Below, piece by piece: positions 1-9,010 of a stretch of DNA of 28,682 nucleotides. Both the position numbers and the translations under genes were made by a program. The stretch's first letter is position 1. The number at the start of each line of letters is the position of its first letter. The stretch is taken from contig CAZOLK010000051.1 in assembly GCA_964580325.1 (NCBI GenBank), positions 1 to 28,682 on the forward strand. The letters run 5' to 3'. The notes beneath the pieces were generated by a model. That model saw nothing but the letters and a program-made list of their open reading frames with translations. It had not been told where the DNA came from and made no database searches. This stretch comes from an uncultured Verrucomicrobiota bacterium (GTDB taxonomy: Bacteria > Verrucomicrobiota > Kiritimatiellia > CAYTQP01 > CAZOLK01).

Positions 1-505
1 GATCCTGAACGTCGGCGGCCGGGCCCTCTGAGCGGCGGCGCGGGGGCGCCGGCCTGGGGCGTGATGCGGTCCGTCTGCGACTGATGCGTCGCATGGCGCC
101 AACACCGGCCGCGGCCTTGAATTTGCTGATGATCTCGTCTGCTACCCGATCCAGGTTGCTGCTGACCGTTCCGTCCGGTTTGGCGATATAATCGAACGCG
201 CCCAGTTCCAGCGCTTCGAACGTGGTTGATGCGCCGGTGTGGGTCAACGACGAAATCATGACCACCGGACAGATCTTCTCCTCGTTGACGATCTGTAGCA
301 CGCTCAACCCGTCCAGCTTGGGCATGTTGATGTCCAGCGATAACACATCCGGTTTCATTTCGCGGGTTTTAGTGACCGCATCCTCACCGTCGCGTGCATA
401 CCCGATCACCTCGAATGCGGGATCTTTTTCAAGCATTTTGATCAAAGTGCGGCGCATGAGCGCGGAATCATCCGCCACCAGAACTCTGATTTTTTTGTCA
501 GCCAT
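1..505 (-). CDS. cheB: CheB-like response regulator, 5' part only (receiver domain plus linker); gene runs off the left edge
   Basis: Minus-strand ATG at 503-505 follows an AT-rich leader. Translation reads MADKKIRVLVADDSALMRRTLIKMLEKDPAFEVIGYARDGEDAVTKTREMKPDVLSLDINMPKLDGLSVLQ...FDYIAKP. The receiver has the DD pair, the phospho-acceptor Asp in DINMPKLDG and the Lys in AKP. It is followed by a KFKAAAGVG linker resembling the CheB REC-to-methylesterase linker. No stop occurs before position 1. The methylesterase domain itself is not visible. Confidence 0.6.
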   Translation of the reverse strand, partial: MADKKIRVLVADDSALMRRTLIKMLEKDPAFEVIGYARDGEDAVTKTREMKPDVLSLDINMPKLDGLSVLQIVNEEKICPVVMISSLTHTGASTTFEALELGAFDYIAKPDGTVSSNLDRVADEIISKFKAAAGVGAMRRISRRRTASRPRPAPPRRRSEGPAADVQD

Positions 506-693
506 AGCCAAACTCCATAAAAAATACAAGAATGATAAACGTAATGAAATAATGAATAAGATACGAATTTTTTACCCATATCCATCAATGCCCGAGCTGT
601 TTATCCTCTGGCATGTGCGGTCAGCGCGCAGATCGCGACAGTCCGGATGTCCTCTGGAACCTATCCATATCCGTTCCGCGATCCACGCCTGTT

Positions 694-2670
694 TTATTCC
701 GCGCTGTCCTTATCTGGAATCTCTTTTTTGGCGGTTGACTTGGCACGTGATCGCGAGCCGTTCTTCCGAACCGGCTGTTTCGGCGGTTTGGCAGGTTCCG
801 CGGCCTTGGCTTCCGCCTTGGTGCGGGACTGGTGCAAAATGCTTTCCACATCCAGGAACACGATCATGCGCTTGCCGTCATCCACCTTCGCAATGCCGGA
901 AATGAAACGGTCCTTGCCATCGCCATCCACGGCTTTGGGCGGCGGCTCCACGTCGCGGTTGGCGATGTTCAACACCTGGCTCACGCTGTCTACACGCAGC
1001 CCGGTCTTGGTGCCGTCCAGGTCGACGATGATGATCCGTGTGCGATCATCCGTATCCACCGCGGGCATGGCAAAATGCGACCGCAGGTTGATCACCGGGA
1101 TCACCTCGCCGCGCAGGTTGGTCACACCCTCGACAAAGGCCGGAACGCGCGGAATGCGCGTGATTTTGGTGTAGCGGTCGATCTCGCGGATCTGCGCGAT
1201 CGGCACGCCAAACTCCTCCGCGCCCAGCTTGAACGTGACCAGCAACTGCTCGTCCATCTCGCGCTTCTTCTGCCCCTCTTCGTTCTTGTCAACGACCGCT
1301 ATGTCGCCATTGCCATTGAGCGATTCCTCGACGACCTGCATATCTTTCGACTGCAGCAACTTGCCCGAATCCAGAATCATGATCAACCGCTCGCCATCGT
1401 TGAGCTTGGCAATGCCGGCCAGCTCCGCGTTCTGACTATCGCTCAATTGCGGCGCCGGATCGGTGCACTCGTTGGGCACATTCAGCACTTCATTGACATG
1501 ATCCACGACCAGCCCCAGCAGCGTGCCGTTGGTGTCTACCACCACGATGCGCTGGTCTTCGGCAATAGCGCCGGCCACCATGTCTTCAAATCGCTGCTGG
1601 GTATGAATCACATCATCCAGCAGCGGCGCCACAACGCTCTTGAACGCACTGGCGGCTGCCTCGGCATCCTGGTTCTTGTTCAGAAAATCGGCCACGGTTT
1701 TCTGTGCTTTTTCGTTGCTGGCGCGCAGGTGCGTGATGCACTCGGTCAGCTCCTCGCTGGAACTACTCACCTGGCTCAACCAATGGCGCAGTTTTTCAGG
1801 CGCATGGGTCTTGGGCGCATCCACCTCGGGGTTCTCGCTCCAGGTGACCAGGGCCTCTTTCCACAAGCCGTAACCTTGGCGCAGACGCTCGCAGCAGGCG
1901 CGCAACTCATCAGCCAGCAGCGGCTGATTCATGACCAGGCGCAGATCCACGATGGGCAGCAGCTTGCCGCGCACCGTCAGCACGCCCAGGAGATAGCTGG
2001 GCGCTTCCGGAATCTGGCGTGCCGGTTTGACGCGCAGAATCTCGCGTACCTTGTCGATGGGGAACGCATACTCTTCGCGCGCCACCTTGAATGTCACCAT
2101 CTGGGTGATGTCCTGGGTGGCCTGGTCGCTGACTTCGTTGAGCTGTTCCTGAACCGCACTGCCTTCGGCGCGCGCCTGGGCTGCCTGGATCTGCTCCAGG
2201 TTAGCCTTGCACACTTCGACCGCGTTGAGCACAATGATGATCCGCTTGCCGTCCTCCAGCTTGACCACGCCGTCGAGATACTCTGAACTGACCTCGCCGA
2301 TCACGCTGGGCGGCGGCTCCATATTGGAGGCGGAGATGCGGTCGACCTGCCTGACCCGGTCCACGCGCAAGCCGGTTTTCTGACCGTGCAGGTCAATCAC
2401 CAGCAGACGCGTTCGATCCGTCTCATCCACGCGCTCCATACCGAAGCGCGTGCGCATGTCGACAATGGGCAAGACCGTACCGCGCAAGTTGGCCACTCCG
2501 TCCACATATTCCGGAGTCAAAGGAACACGGGCGATATCCGGAGGTCGGATAATCTCTTGGATATCCATGATATCAAACCCGAATTCTTCGTCCCCGAGCG
2601 AGAAGGAGACCAGTTGCATTTCGTCTTTCTGGGTCTTGACCTCGTCTAATTGCTCGGTTGTATTTTCCAT
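694..2670 (-). CDS. Multi-CheW scaffold protein with three CheW-like domains and a Lys/Ala/Pro-rich basic C-terminal tail
   Basis: The 658-aa ORF contains three segments of the form LVxFxLG(D/A)EE(F/Y)G(F/V)xI...IxxVPxxPxxVxGVxNLRGxV(L/I)P(I/V)(I/V)(D/N)(M/L)R, which matches the CheW fold signature. The middle domain is split by an insertion of about 110 aa. The C-terminus is AKAAEPAKPPKQPVRKNGSRSRAKSTAKKEIPDKDSAE. Confidence 0.85.
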   Translation of the reverse strand: MENTTEQLDEVKTQKDEMQLVSFSLGDEEFGFDIMDIQEIIRPPDIARVPLTPEYVDGVANLRGTVLPIVDMRTRFGMERVDETDRTRLLVIDLHGQKTGLRVDRVRQVDRISASNMEPPPSVIGEVSSEYLDGVVKLEDGKRIIIVLNAVEVCKANLEQIQAAQARAEGSAVQEQLNEVSDQATQDITQMVTFKVAREEYAFPIDKVREILRVKPARQIPEAPSYLLGVLTVRGKLLPIVDLRLVMNQPLLADELRACCERLRQGYGLWKEALVTWSENPEVDAPKTHAPEKLRHWLSQVSSSSEELTECITHLRASNEKAQKTVADFLNKNQDAEAAASAFKSVVAPLLDDVIHTQQRFEDMVAGAIAEDQRIVVVDTNGTLLGLVVDHVNEVLNVPNECTDPAPQLSDSQNAELAGIAKLNDGERLIMILDSGKLLQSKDMQVVEESLNGNGDIAVVDKNEEGQKKREMDEQLLVTFKLGAEEFGVPIAQIREIDRYTKITRIPRVPAFVEGVTNLRGEVIPVINLRSHFAMPAVDTDDRTRIIIVDLDGTKTGLRVDSVSQVLNIANRDVEPPPKAVDGDGKDRFISGIAKVDDGKRMIVFLDVESILHQSRTKAEAKAAEPAKPPKQPVRKNGSRSRAKSTAKKEIPDKDSAE

Positions 2671-2724
2671 TGCTATCCTTTTTGATTGATTGAAAGCGTT
2701 TCTTCAACGAGCAGGCCCAAGCGC

Positions 2725-4677
2725 TTAACCATTCTGCAACTCATCCGCCTGCGAAGCGATATCTTCGACTGCCTGGGCGATTTCCTGGGCTGCCTTGGAA
2801 CCCTCTTCGGAGGCCACGGCTGCCTCGGAGGAGGCGCGGTTCATCTGCTCGGCCGCGGAACTGATCTGCTCGCTCGCCTTGGCTGCCTCTTCCAATGCTT
2901 TCAATGATTCCTGAGCGCCCTGTTCAATCTCGCTGATGTTTTCGTCCAGGATAGAGATATCTTTGCCGATCGATTGCAGGTTGCTTGAGGAAATACGCGC
3001 ACGTTCTACTTCCTGGGCCGCGGTCTTGCCGGACAATTCGATATCGCCGGCCACCTTGTCGATCTGCAACTGGATCGCACGCACCATATCCTTGATCCGG
3101 TCCGCGTTCTCACTGCTCTCGTTGGACAGGGAGCGGATGTCGCCGGCCACGACAGAGAAACCGCGGCCGTATTCACCGGCGCGCGCTGCTTCCACGTTGC
3201 CGTTGACCGCGAGCATGTTGGTCTGAACCGTAACCATCACAATGGCGTCCACGATCTTGTCGATGGCCCGGGTCCGGTCACTCAATTCCTGTACGTTCCT
3301 AGCCGAACTGATCGAAGATTCCGCGGCATTGCCGATTTCTTCGATCAGGTTCTCCACATTCGTACAGTTGCGCTCCAGCAACTCGCGAATGGAATTCACC
3401 CGCTCCACGCCGACACGTGCGCGGTCGGACATACCCTTGGATGCGGCATTGAGTTTTTCACCCAGTTCCATAGAGGTCTGCGCAGATTTACCCTGTTGCG
3501 CCGCAGCCTTGCTGATCTGTTCGATGGCAGCCGCGATCTGGGTGGCGGCCGCACGCACTTCTTCGGCGTTGGCTGACAACTCCTCGGCGCTGGCAGCCAG
3601 TTCTTCGGCCGATTTCTGCGCGTTGGTCGACGTTTTCAGCGTTTCCGCCTGGTCGTTCAGCATGCTGGCTGCATCGCCCATTTCGGTGAACGCCTTGGCT
3701 TGCTCCTGGACCGCCTTCAACGCTTCGTTACCGGCCGATGACGCTTCTTCCGAGGCTGAGGCGATTTCCTCCGCGCCTTTCAGATAAGCGGCAGCCCCGG
3801 CATTGGCCTCTTCAGCATTTTGCAAAATTTCCTGGGTTCCGTCCATCACCTTGGCAAAATCGTCGACAATCTGGCTCAGGTCACTGTTGATGACCTTGGC
3901 TTTTTCGACTTCTTCCTGCCCTTTTTTGCCGGCAGCTTCGGCATCGTTGGCCACCACACGGACTTGCTCTTGGATCTCGTTGACCACGTCCTGGATGCCG
4001 CGCGCACTCTTCTCGCTGATCTCGGCCAGGTTGCGCACCTCGTCGGCCACCACCGCGAAACCTTTGCCATGCTCACCGGCGCGCGCCGCTTCAATGGCCG
4101 CGTTCAACGCCAGCAAGTTGGTCTGGTCCGCGATGCGCGCCACCGCGTTTACGATCTTGCCAATCTCGTCGGACTGGCGTTCCAGTTCCTGGATCATCTT
4201 GGCCGAGTCGATGTTAGCCTTGGCCGCGGTCTGCACCCCTGCGATCAAGCCTTCAATCTCGCTCGTCGTGGTTTTAATCAAATCCTGCAGTCGCTTGCAG
4301 TTCTTGATCGATGTTTCGGCGCGTTCATTGGCCACGGTAGCGGATCTATCGATCTGGTTGATCGCCGCCCTGGACTCTTCCGCGGCCGCGGAAGCCTGTT
4401 CCGCGCCTGATGCGATTTGCTGCATGGTTTTTTCAAGTTCATCGATAGCGCCCCCCGCCTGGGTCACCGCGCTGCTGACCTGCGAGGTGGCTACCGTTAA
4501 TTTCTCAGCCACGGCCTGGGCCCGGGCCAATGTACGTGCGCGAGCGCGCTCCTCGGCTTGACGCCGTGCGGCCAAGCGACCATCATCTCTTTCTTTCGGT
4601 TCATTAGAGCCGGATCCCACCTTCCCTCTTACGGGCTCATTTGGAGCGGCAAGTGTCTTCGTCATTACTTCCTCCAC
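2725..4677 (-). CDS. Soluble methyl-accepting chemotaxis protein with two tandem MCP signalling (MA) domains
   Basis: The 650-aa ORF has no hydrophobic transmembrane segment. Two highly conserved receptor hairpin-tip motifs are present: [35 protein letters not shown] and [36 protein letters not shown]. Each is embedded in a long A/E/Q-rich heptad coiled coil. Confidence 0.85.
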   Translation of the reverse strand: MEEVMTKTLAAPNEPVRGKVGSGSNEPKERDDGRLAARRQAEERARARTLARAQAVAEKLTVATSQVSSAVTQAGGAIDELEKTMQQIASGAEQASAAAEESRAAINQIDRSATVANERAETSIKNCKRLQDLIKTTTSEIEGLIAGVQTAAKANIDSAKMIQELERQSDEIGKIVNAVARIADQTNLLALNAAIEAARAGEHGKGFAVVADEVRNLAEISEKSARGIQDVVNEIQEQVRVVANDAEAAGKKGQEEVEKAKVINSDLSQIVDDFAKVMDGTQEILQNAEEANAGAAAYLKGAEEIASASEEASSAGNEALKAVQEQAKAFTEMGDAASMLNDQAETLKTSTNAQKSAEELAASAEELSANAEEVRAAATQIAAAIEQISKAAAQQGKSAQTSMELGEKLNAASKGMSDRARVGVERVNSIRELLERNCTNVENLIEEIGNAAESSISSARNVQELSDRTRAIDKIVDAIVMVTVQTNMLAVNGNVEAARAGEYGRGFSVVAGDIRSLSNESSENADRIKDMVRAIQLQIDKVAGDIELSGKTAAQEVERARISSSNLQSIGKDISILDENISEIEQGAQESLKALEEAAKASEQISSAAEQMNRASSEAAVASEEGSKAAQEIAQAVEDIASQADELQNG

Positions 4678-4771
4678 GGATTTGTTTTTTTCATTTCAAA
4701 CACACAGGCAGCCGTATCCATCATCCCAGCTCACCTGAACTGAAACTGCCTATTTCTGTGCAAGGTCTCCC

Positions 4772-4787
4772 TGCATAAAGCGTGCCG
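4772..4787 (-). promoter_or_regulatory. Candidate sigma54 (-24/-12) promoter for the MCP-CheW3-CheB operon
   Basis: Minus-strand sequence cGGCACG-CTTT-aTGCA matches the consensus TGGCACG-N4-TTGCA, including exact GG-N10-GC spacing. It lies about 95 nt upstream of the MCP ATG at 4677, and the divergent gene encodes a sigma54 activator. Confidence 0.55.
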
Positions 4788-4827
4788 ATATGCGATTCTG
4801 GCAACAAAAAAAATGCGCCACCCGGCA

Positions 4828-4880
4828 ACACGCCCTATCTCGCACATGAACACGCCCTATCTCGCACATGAACACGCCCT
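4828..4880. repeat. 22-bp tandem direct repeat (2.4 copies) in the divergent intergenic region; candidate enhancer/UAS
   Basis: The unit ACACGCCCTATCTCGCACATGA occupies 4828-4849 and is repeated exactly at 4850-4871, with a partial third copy at 4872-4880. It lies 40-100 bp upstream of the sigma54 promoter in minus-strand orientation. Confidence 0.8.
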
Positions 4881-5046
4881 TAGCCCGTTGTCATCGCATC
4901 ATGCCCAAAGCTGGTTACTTATTGACCAGGGTGGTTAGAAAAGTACCGGTCGGCATGCTTTTTGCCGGTTGGAAAATATACTTCTTTACGCTTTACATTT
5001 GTTTTTTGCACATTTTTGTGTTAATAAATATTTATGATAAATAAGT

Positions 5047-6660
5047 ATGAGTTCGGTTGTTTTTGTTTTTTTGCCGATTAGTGTTATGGAAACCGCAATA
5101 CTATTGATCGAAGGTAATCGTGTATCTGCGGCCATGTTTCGCGAAATGCTGGCTTCTGCGGAATACACGTTGACTTGGGTTCCTGACGGGTTACAGGGAT
5201 TGAAGTTGGCCCGGGAAAACAATTTTGACATGGTCTTCGTCGATATCCAACTGGCTGGCACGGATGGTCTCGAATTGCTGCGCAATCTGCGCCGCCATTG
5301 CCCCGCGTTGACGATCGTGGTTATTTCCGCCCATATCGACAGCGCAGCTATCATAACCGCCACCCGCTTTGGCGCCTACGATTACTTGGAAAAACCGATC
5401 GATCACGAGAACTTGATCCGACTGATTGATCGCGTGCAAGGCAAGATCGATGACCGATCTGACCTGGCTGTCGGCCTCGACGAACACAAATCCACGCTGG
5501 TTGGTCAGAGCCGAACCATGCGCACAGTATATAAGGAAATAGGCCGCATCGCAGCCCTGCCTGTCACGGTGCTGGTCAACGGTGAAACCGGAACTGGCAA
5601 AGAACTGGTGGCGCGCGCCATTCACGAATTCAGCGACCGCGCCGACCAACCTTTTGTGGCCATCAACTGCGCCGCGATCCCCGAATCGTTGCTGGCCAGT
5701 GAATTATTCGGTCATGAACGCGGCGCTTTTACCGGCGCTCATACCGCGCGCAAAGGGAAATTCGAACAGGCGGACGGCGGCACCCTGTTCCTGGACGAAA
5801 TCGGCGATATGGACCACCACCTGCAAGCGCGGATATTGCGTATCCTAGAGGATCGTTCGTTACAACGCCTCGGCGGCAATGGTCGTTCCACGCGCATCGA
5901 TGTGCGCATCATCTCCGCCACCCACCGCAACCTACCAACCATGATTCAAGACCATACGTTCCGCGAAGACCTCTACCATCGCCTGGCCGTCTCGGTCATT
6001 ACCCTGCCGCCATTGCGCGAGCGCCGCACCGATATCCCGCTATTGATCGATTTTTTTCTCAAGCGCTACATGAAGCAGTTCGGCATGCATTGCCCAGGCA
6101 TGGATTCGCGCGCAGTGGAATACCTGAGCCGCAAAACGTGGTCCGGCAATGTGCGCGAACTGGAAAACTACGTACGCAGCGCATTGGTACGTGCGCGCGG
6201 TTTGGCTATCACCTATGATTTGCTGCGCGAAATCGATGGCATCCTGGCAAAAAACAGCCCGAAACAGAAGATCACCGTTCCATCAGCCCTGCCCGCGGCT
6301 GAACAGACGGCTGAACCAGTCGAAACGCCTGCCATGACCGCACTGCCCATACCTGCAAAACCCCGGCAAAGCGAGCCTGCCCGTGACCCAGCCGATGAAA
6401 ATGAAGATTTATTAGATAGATGGGTACGAAAAATGCTTGATCAAGCTGAGCATGACCATGTACGGCGTAGAGCTATGGACTGCCTGGATCGTGTGCTGAT
6501 CCGCTATGCCATGCATGAGTCTCGGGGCAACCGCACTCGGGCCGCCAAGATGTTGGGCATCAACAGGCTAACTTTGCGCAAACGGCTCAGTGATCTGGGT
6601 ATCGAAGTGAAAAGCGTTTTGAAAGTACGTGGCATGGAACAGATGGTATTGGATATTTAA
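5047..6660 (+). CDS. Sigma54-dependent transcriptional activator (enhancer-binding protein of the NtrC family): receiver domain, AAA+ sigma54-interaction domain, C-terminal HTH
   Basis: The AAA+ domain carries the Walker A motif GETGTGKE and the GAFTGA motif (ELFGHERGAFTGAH). An N-terminal receiver domain contains DIQLAGTDG, and the C-terminal HTH reads RTRAAKMLGINRLTLRKRL. The start could instead be the METAILLIEG Met at 5086. Confidence 0.9.
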   Translation: MSSVVFVFLPISVMETAILLIEGNRVSAAMFREMLASAEYTLTWVPDGLQGLKLARENNFDMVFVDIQLAGTDGLELLRNLRRHCPALTIVVISAHIDSAAIITATRFGAYDYLEKPIDHENLIRLIDRVQGKIDDRSDLAVGLDEHKSTLVGQSRTMRTVYKEIGRIAALPVTVLVNGETGTGKELVARAIHEFSDRADQPFVAINCAAIPESLLASELFGHERGAFTGAHTARKGKFEQADGGTLFLDEIGDMDHHLQARILRILEDRSLQRLGGNGRSTRIDVRIISATHRNLPTMIQDHTFREDLYHRLAVSVITLPPLRERRTDIPLLIDFFLKRYMKQFGMHCPGMDSRAVEYLSRKTWSGNVRELENYVRSALVRARGLAITYDLLREIDGILAKNSPKQKITVPSALPAAEQTAEPVETPAMTALPIPAKPRQSEPARDPADENEDLLDRWVRKMLDQAEHDHVRRRAMDCLDRVLIRYAMHESRGNRTRAAKMLGINRLTLRKRLSDLGIEVKSVLKVRGMEQMVLDI

Positions 6661-6665
6661 TTTAT

Positions 6666-7343
6666 ATGGATGTGCTGATTGTAGACGACGAGGCCGACTT
6701 CATCGATGTGTGCATACGCCTGCTCGCGCGTGAACCTTACCGTATCGAAGGTGCGCAATCAGGTGAACAGGCGCTGGCCAAGCTGGCAGACAAGACCTAT
6801 CATGTACTTGTCAGCGATATTCGTATGCCCAATATGGATGGCCTTGCACTCATGCAAAAGGTTCAGTGGCTCTACCCGGAAACAGCCATCGTTGCCATCA
6901 CGGCCCATGGCGATATCGACCTTGCTGTACAGTGCATGAAATACGGCGCGCTGGATTTTCTGCAAAAGCCTGTGGGCTCAGCTAAACTGCGCGAAACACT
7001 GGCATCCGCCATGCAATCCCGCCGCACTTCGGATATGCTTGCAGAAAACCGCGATAGCCTGGATCATCAGGTCTCTACCCGTGTCATGGAGGTGTTTATC
7101 GAGGATACGGCCCGTGTCCTGGACGAGATGGAAATCCATATCCAACGCCACGAATACGGCAACGTGCGCGAACTGGCCCATTATCTCAAGAGCAGTTGCT
7201 GTACGATTTACCGCATGGGCATGGACATGGTCGAACTCTGTGTGCAGCTCATGCACATGGATGAGTACGTCACAGAGCAGACCTGGCAACTCAAACGGTG
7301 TAACCTGCTAGACCTTTTTCAAGCTGTTCCACAAGGGAAATAG
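6666..7343 (+). CDS. Receiver domain fused to a C-terminal Hpt (histidine phosphotransfer) domain
   Basis: The N-terminus MDVLIVDDEADF...VLVSDIRMPNMDGLAL...AITAHGD is a canonical receiver. The C-terminal NVRELAHYLKSSCCTIYRMGMDMVELCVQLMHMDE resembles the Hpt HxxKG helix. The start codon sits 5 nt after the EBP stop. Confidence 0.75.
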   Translation: MDVLIVDDEADFIDVCIRLLAREPYRIEGAQSGEQALAKLADKTYHVLVSDIRMPNMDGLALMQKVQWLYPETAIVAITAHGDIDLAVQCMKYGALDFLQKPVGSAKLRETLASAMQSRRTSDMLAENRDSLDHQVSTRVMEVFIEDTARVLDEMEIHIQRHEYGNVRELAHYLKSSCCTIYRMGMDMVELCVQLMHMDEYVTEQTWQLKRCNLLDLFQAVPQGK

Positions 7344-7384
7344 CATGGATATGAAACGTTTATATATAGAAAGAGGAGGTTGAG

Positions 7385-8266
7385 ATGGAACCACACGCCT
7401 ATCTAAAATCAGGCACCAACGAGTTGAAGATCATGGAGTATTCGACCAGCGGCGTTCACTTTGGACTCAACATTCTGAAGACCAGCCGCGTGGTCAGCCT
7501 GCCGCCCAAGCTGCACCAGCCCGGCAATATGCACCCCGCGGTCATTGGCCTGATGAACGATCACGGGATCATCGTGCCCGTGATCGACCTGGCCCTGTTC
7601 TTGAAGTTGAAAGATAAACATCCGGACGAACACGAACTGCGCGGGCGCATCCTGATCACCGAGTTCTTCGGCCAGGTCAACGGCTTTCTGATCGATGCTG
7701 TGCACTATGTTCACACCATCATGTGGGAACGTGTATTCGACGCGGTCGAGATCATGGGCAACCTGGTGGGCAAATACGTGATTGGCATTGTGCGGCCCGA
7801 CGAAGAAAAAATGATCCTGCTGCTCGATTACGAAAAGATCATTCTCGATTTGAGCCCCGTCATCGAAGCCAATGAGCGGCAGAAAATGGACCATGAGATA
7901 CACGGCGAAAACCGCAAATTGCTGATTGCCGAGGATTCCACCGCAGTACGCGACATGTTGGCCGTGGAACTGAGCGATATGGGCTTTGAGGTGCTGATCG
8001 CCAAGGACGGTCGGGAAGCATGGCGCATCTATGAACAGAACCGCGATCTCGCCATGGTCGTTTCCGATGTGGAAATGCCCCAACTGGAAGGGTTGAGCCT
8101 GACCAAAATGATCAAGGACGACAATCCCCAGATGCCGGTCATTGTCTACTCGTCCATTGGCGACATTGGTATGAAAAAGCGGGCCGAAGACGTACAGGCC
8201 GATGCCCATGTCACCAAGCTGAATGTCAAAGAATTGATGGACGTAACGCGAGAACTGTTGTCATGA
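7385..8266 (+). CDS. cheV: CheV-like coupling protein (N-terminal CheW domain plus C-terminal receiver)
   Basis: The N-terminal part is a CheW-like fold, and the C-terminal KLLIAEDSTAVRDML...MVVSDVEMPQLEGLSL...VIVYSS is a receiver. The RBS GAGGAGG lies 6 nt upstream. A 4-nt ATGA overlap joins this gene to the next. Confidence 0.85.
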   Translation: MEPHAYLKSGTNELKIMEYSTSGVHFGLNILKTSRVVSLPPKLHQPGNMHPAVIGLMNDHGIIVPVIDLALFLKLKDKHPDEHELRGRILITEFFGQVNGFLIDAVHYVHTIMWERVFDAVEIMGNLVGKYVIGIVRPDEEKMILLLDYEKIILDLSPVIEANERQKMDHEIHGENRKLLIAEDSTAVRDMLAVELSDMGFEVLIAKDGREAWRIYEQNRDLAMVVSDVEMPQLEGLSLTKMIKDDNPQMPVIVYSSIGDIGMKKRAEDVQADAHVTKLNVKELMDVTRELLS

Positions 8267-9009
8267 GCAAAGCCGAACAACCAGCCCAGGACCCTTTTCT
8301 GACCTACCTGGTCCATGACCTGGAACCGGCCATGGCCTCGTTTCAAACCTTGCTCCGCTTGCTCAAGCAGAAACGCTACGCCCCAGACAACCCGATGCAC
8401 GGCAAGCTGGTGCATAGTTGCGACGCGGCCCTGCAATTCAGCCTGGGGCTGTTGCGCGACATGCTCGAATTCTCCAAGATGAAACGTATGGACTGGCCTG
8501 TACATCCCGCATCCTTTGCCTGGTCGGGCCTGTTCGACGAATGCCTGGCGCTCGCGTCAGTGCTCGCCGCGGACCGGGAGGTCGCCATCAACGGCCATAG
8601 CCTGGATACGGCGGATGAGTTCATGTCCGATGCCTGCATGATCAAACGCATTGTGGTCAACCTGCTGACCAATGCCATCAAAAACGTCGACCGCGGCGAC
8701 AAAGTGCAGTTGCGCTATACCAGAACCGACAAAGGCGCACTGATCCAAGTGGAGAACAAGGTGGACGGCATGGACGAGGCGTTTTGCAACAGAATTTTCG
8801 ATGAGCATGTGCAGTTGCCTGCGCACGATGGCAAGCGCGCTTATCGCGGCGTCGGCCTGGGCTTGAGCTATTGCCGCGCCGCCTGCGAAAGATTGCGCGG
8901 TAGCATTGCCGCCGAACTGCACGACCAGGGACGGCGCTTGCGTATGGTTCTCGAACTGACTCCATGGCCATCGCAAAGCAACGGTCCTGTGGATGGAGGC
9001 GAAGACTGA
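8263..9009 (+). CDS. Small cytoplasmic histidine kinase (HisKA plus HATPase_c only, no sensor domain)
   Basis: The H-box is LTYLVHDLEPAMASF, the N-box is VVNLLTNAIKN and the G-box is YRGVGLGLSYCRA. The 248-aa protein has no TM or sensor segment. Confidence 0.8.
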   Translation: MSKAEQPAQDPFLTYLVHDLEPAMASFQTLLRLLKQKRYAPDNPMHGKLVHSCDAALQFSLGLLRDMLEFSKMKRMDWPVHPASFAWSGLFDECLALASVLAADREVAINGHSLDTADEFMSDACMIKRIVVNLLTNAIKNVDRGDKVQLRYTRTDKGALIQVENKVDGMDEAFCNRIFDEHVQLPAHDGKRAYRGVGLGLSYCRAACERLRGSIAAELHDQGRRLRMVLELTPWPSQSNGPVDGGED

Positions 9010-9010
9010 A

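Noticed and set aside
832-2286. Long antisense ORF (484 aa) opposite the CheW3 gene; similar shadow ORFs at 3803..4561, 14243..15373, 16562..17713, 17723..18385, 22917..23579, 23977..24807 and 27396..28640
   Set aside because: In each case the opposite strand carries a gene with clear family motifs. The antisense translations are Arg/Ala/Gly/Leu-rich, low-complexity and motif-free, as expected for frame shadows in high-GC DNA.
4986-5046. Possible sigma70 promoter (TTGCAC-17-TATTTA) or sigma54 site upstream of the EBP gene
   Set aside because: The match to either consensus is weak in an AT-rich leader, so I could not support a call.
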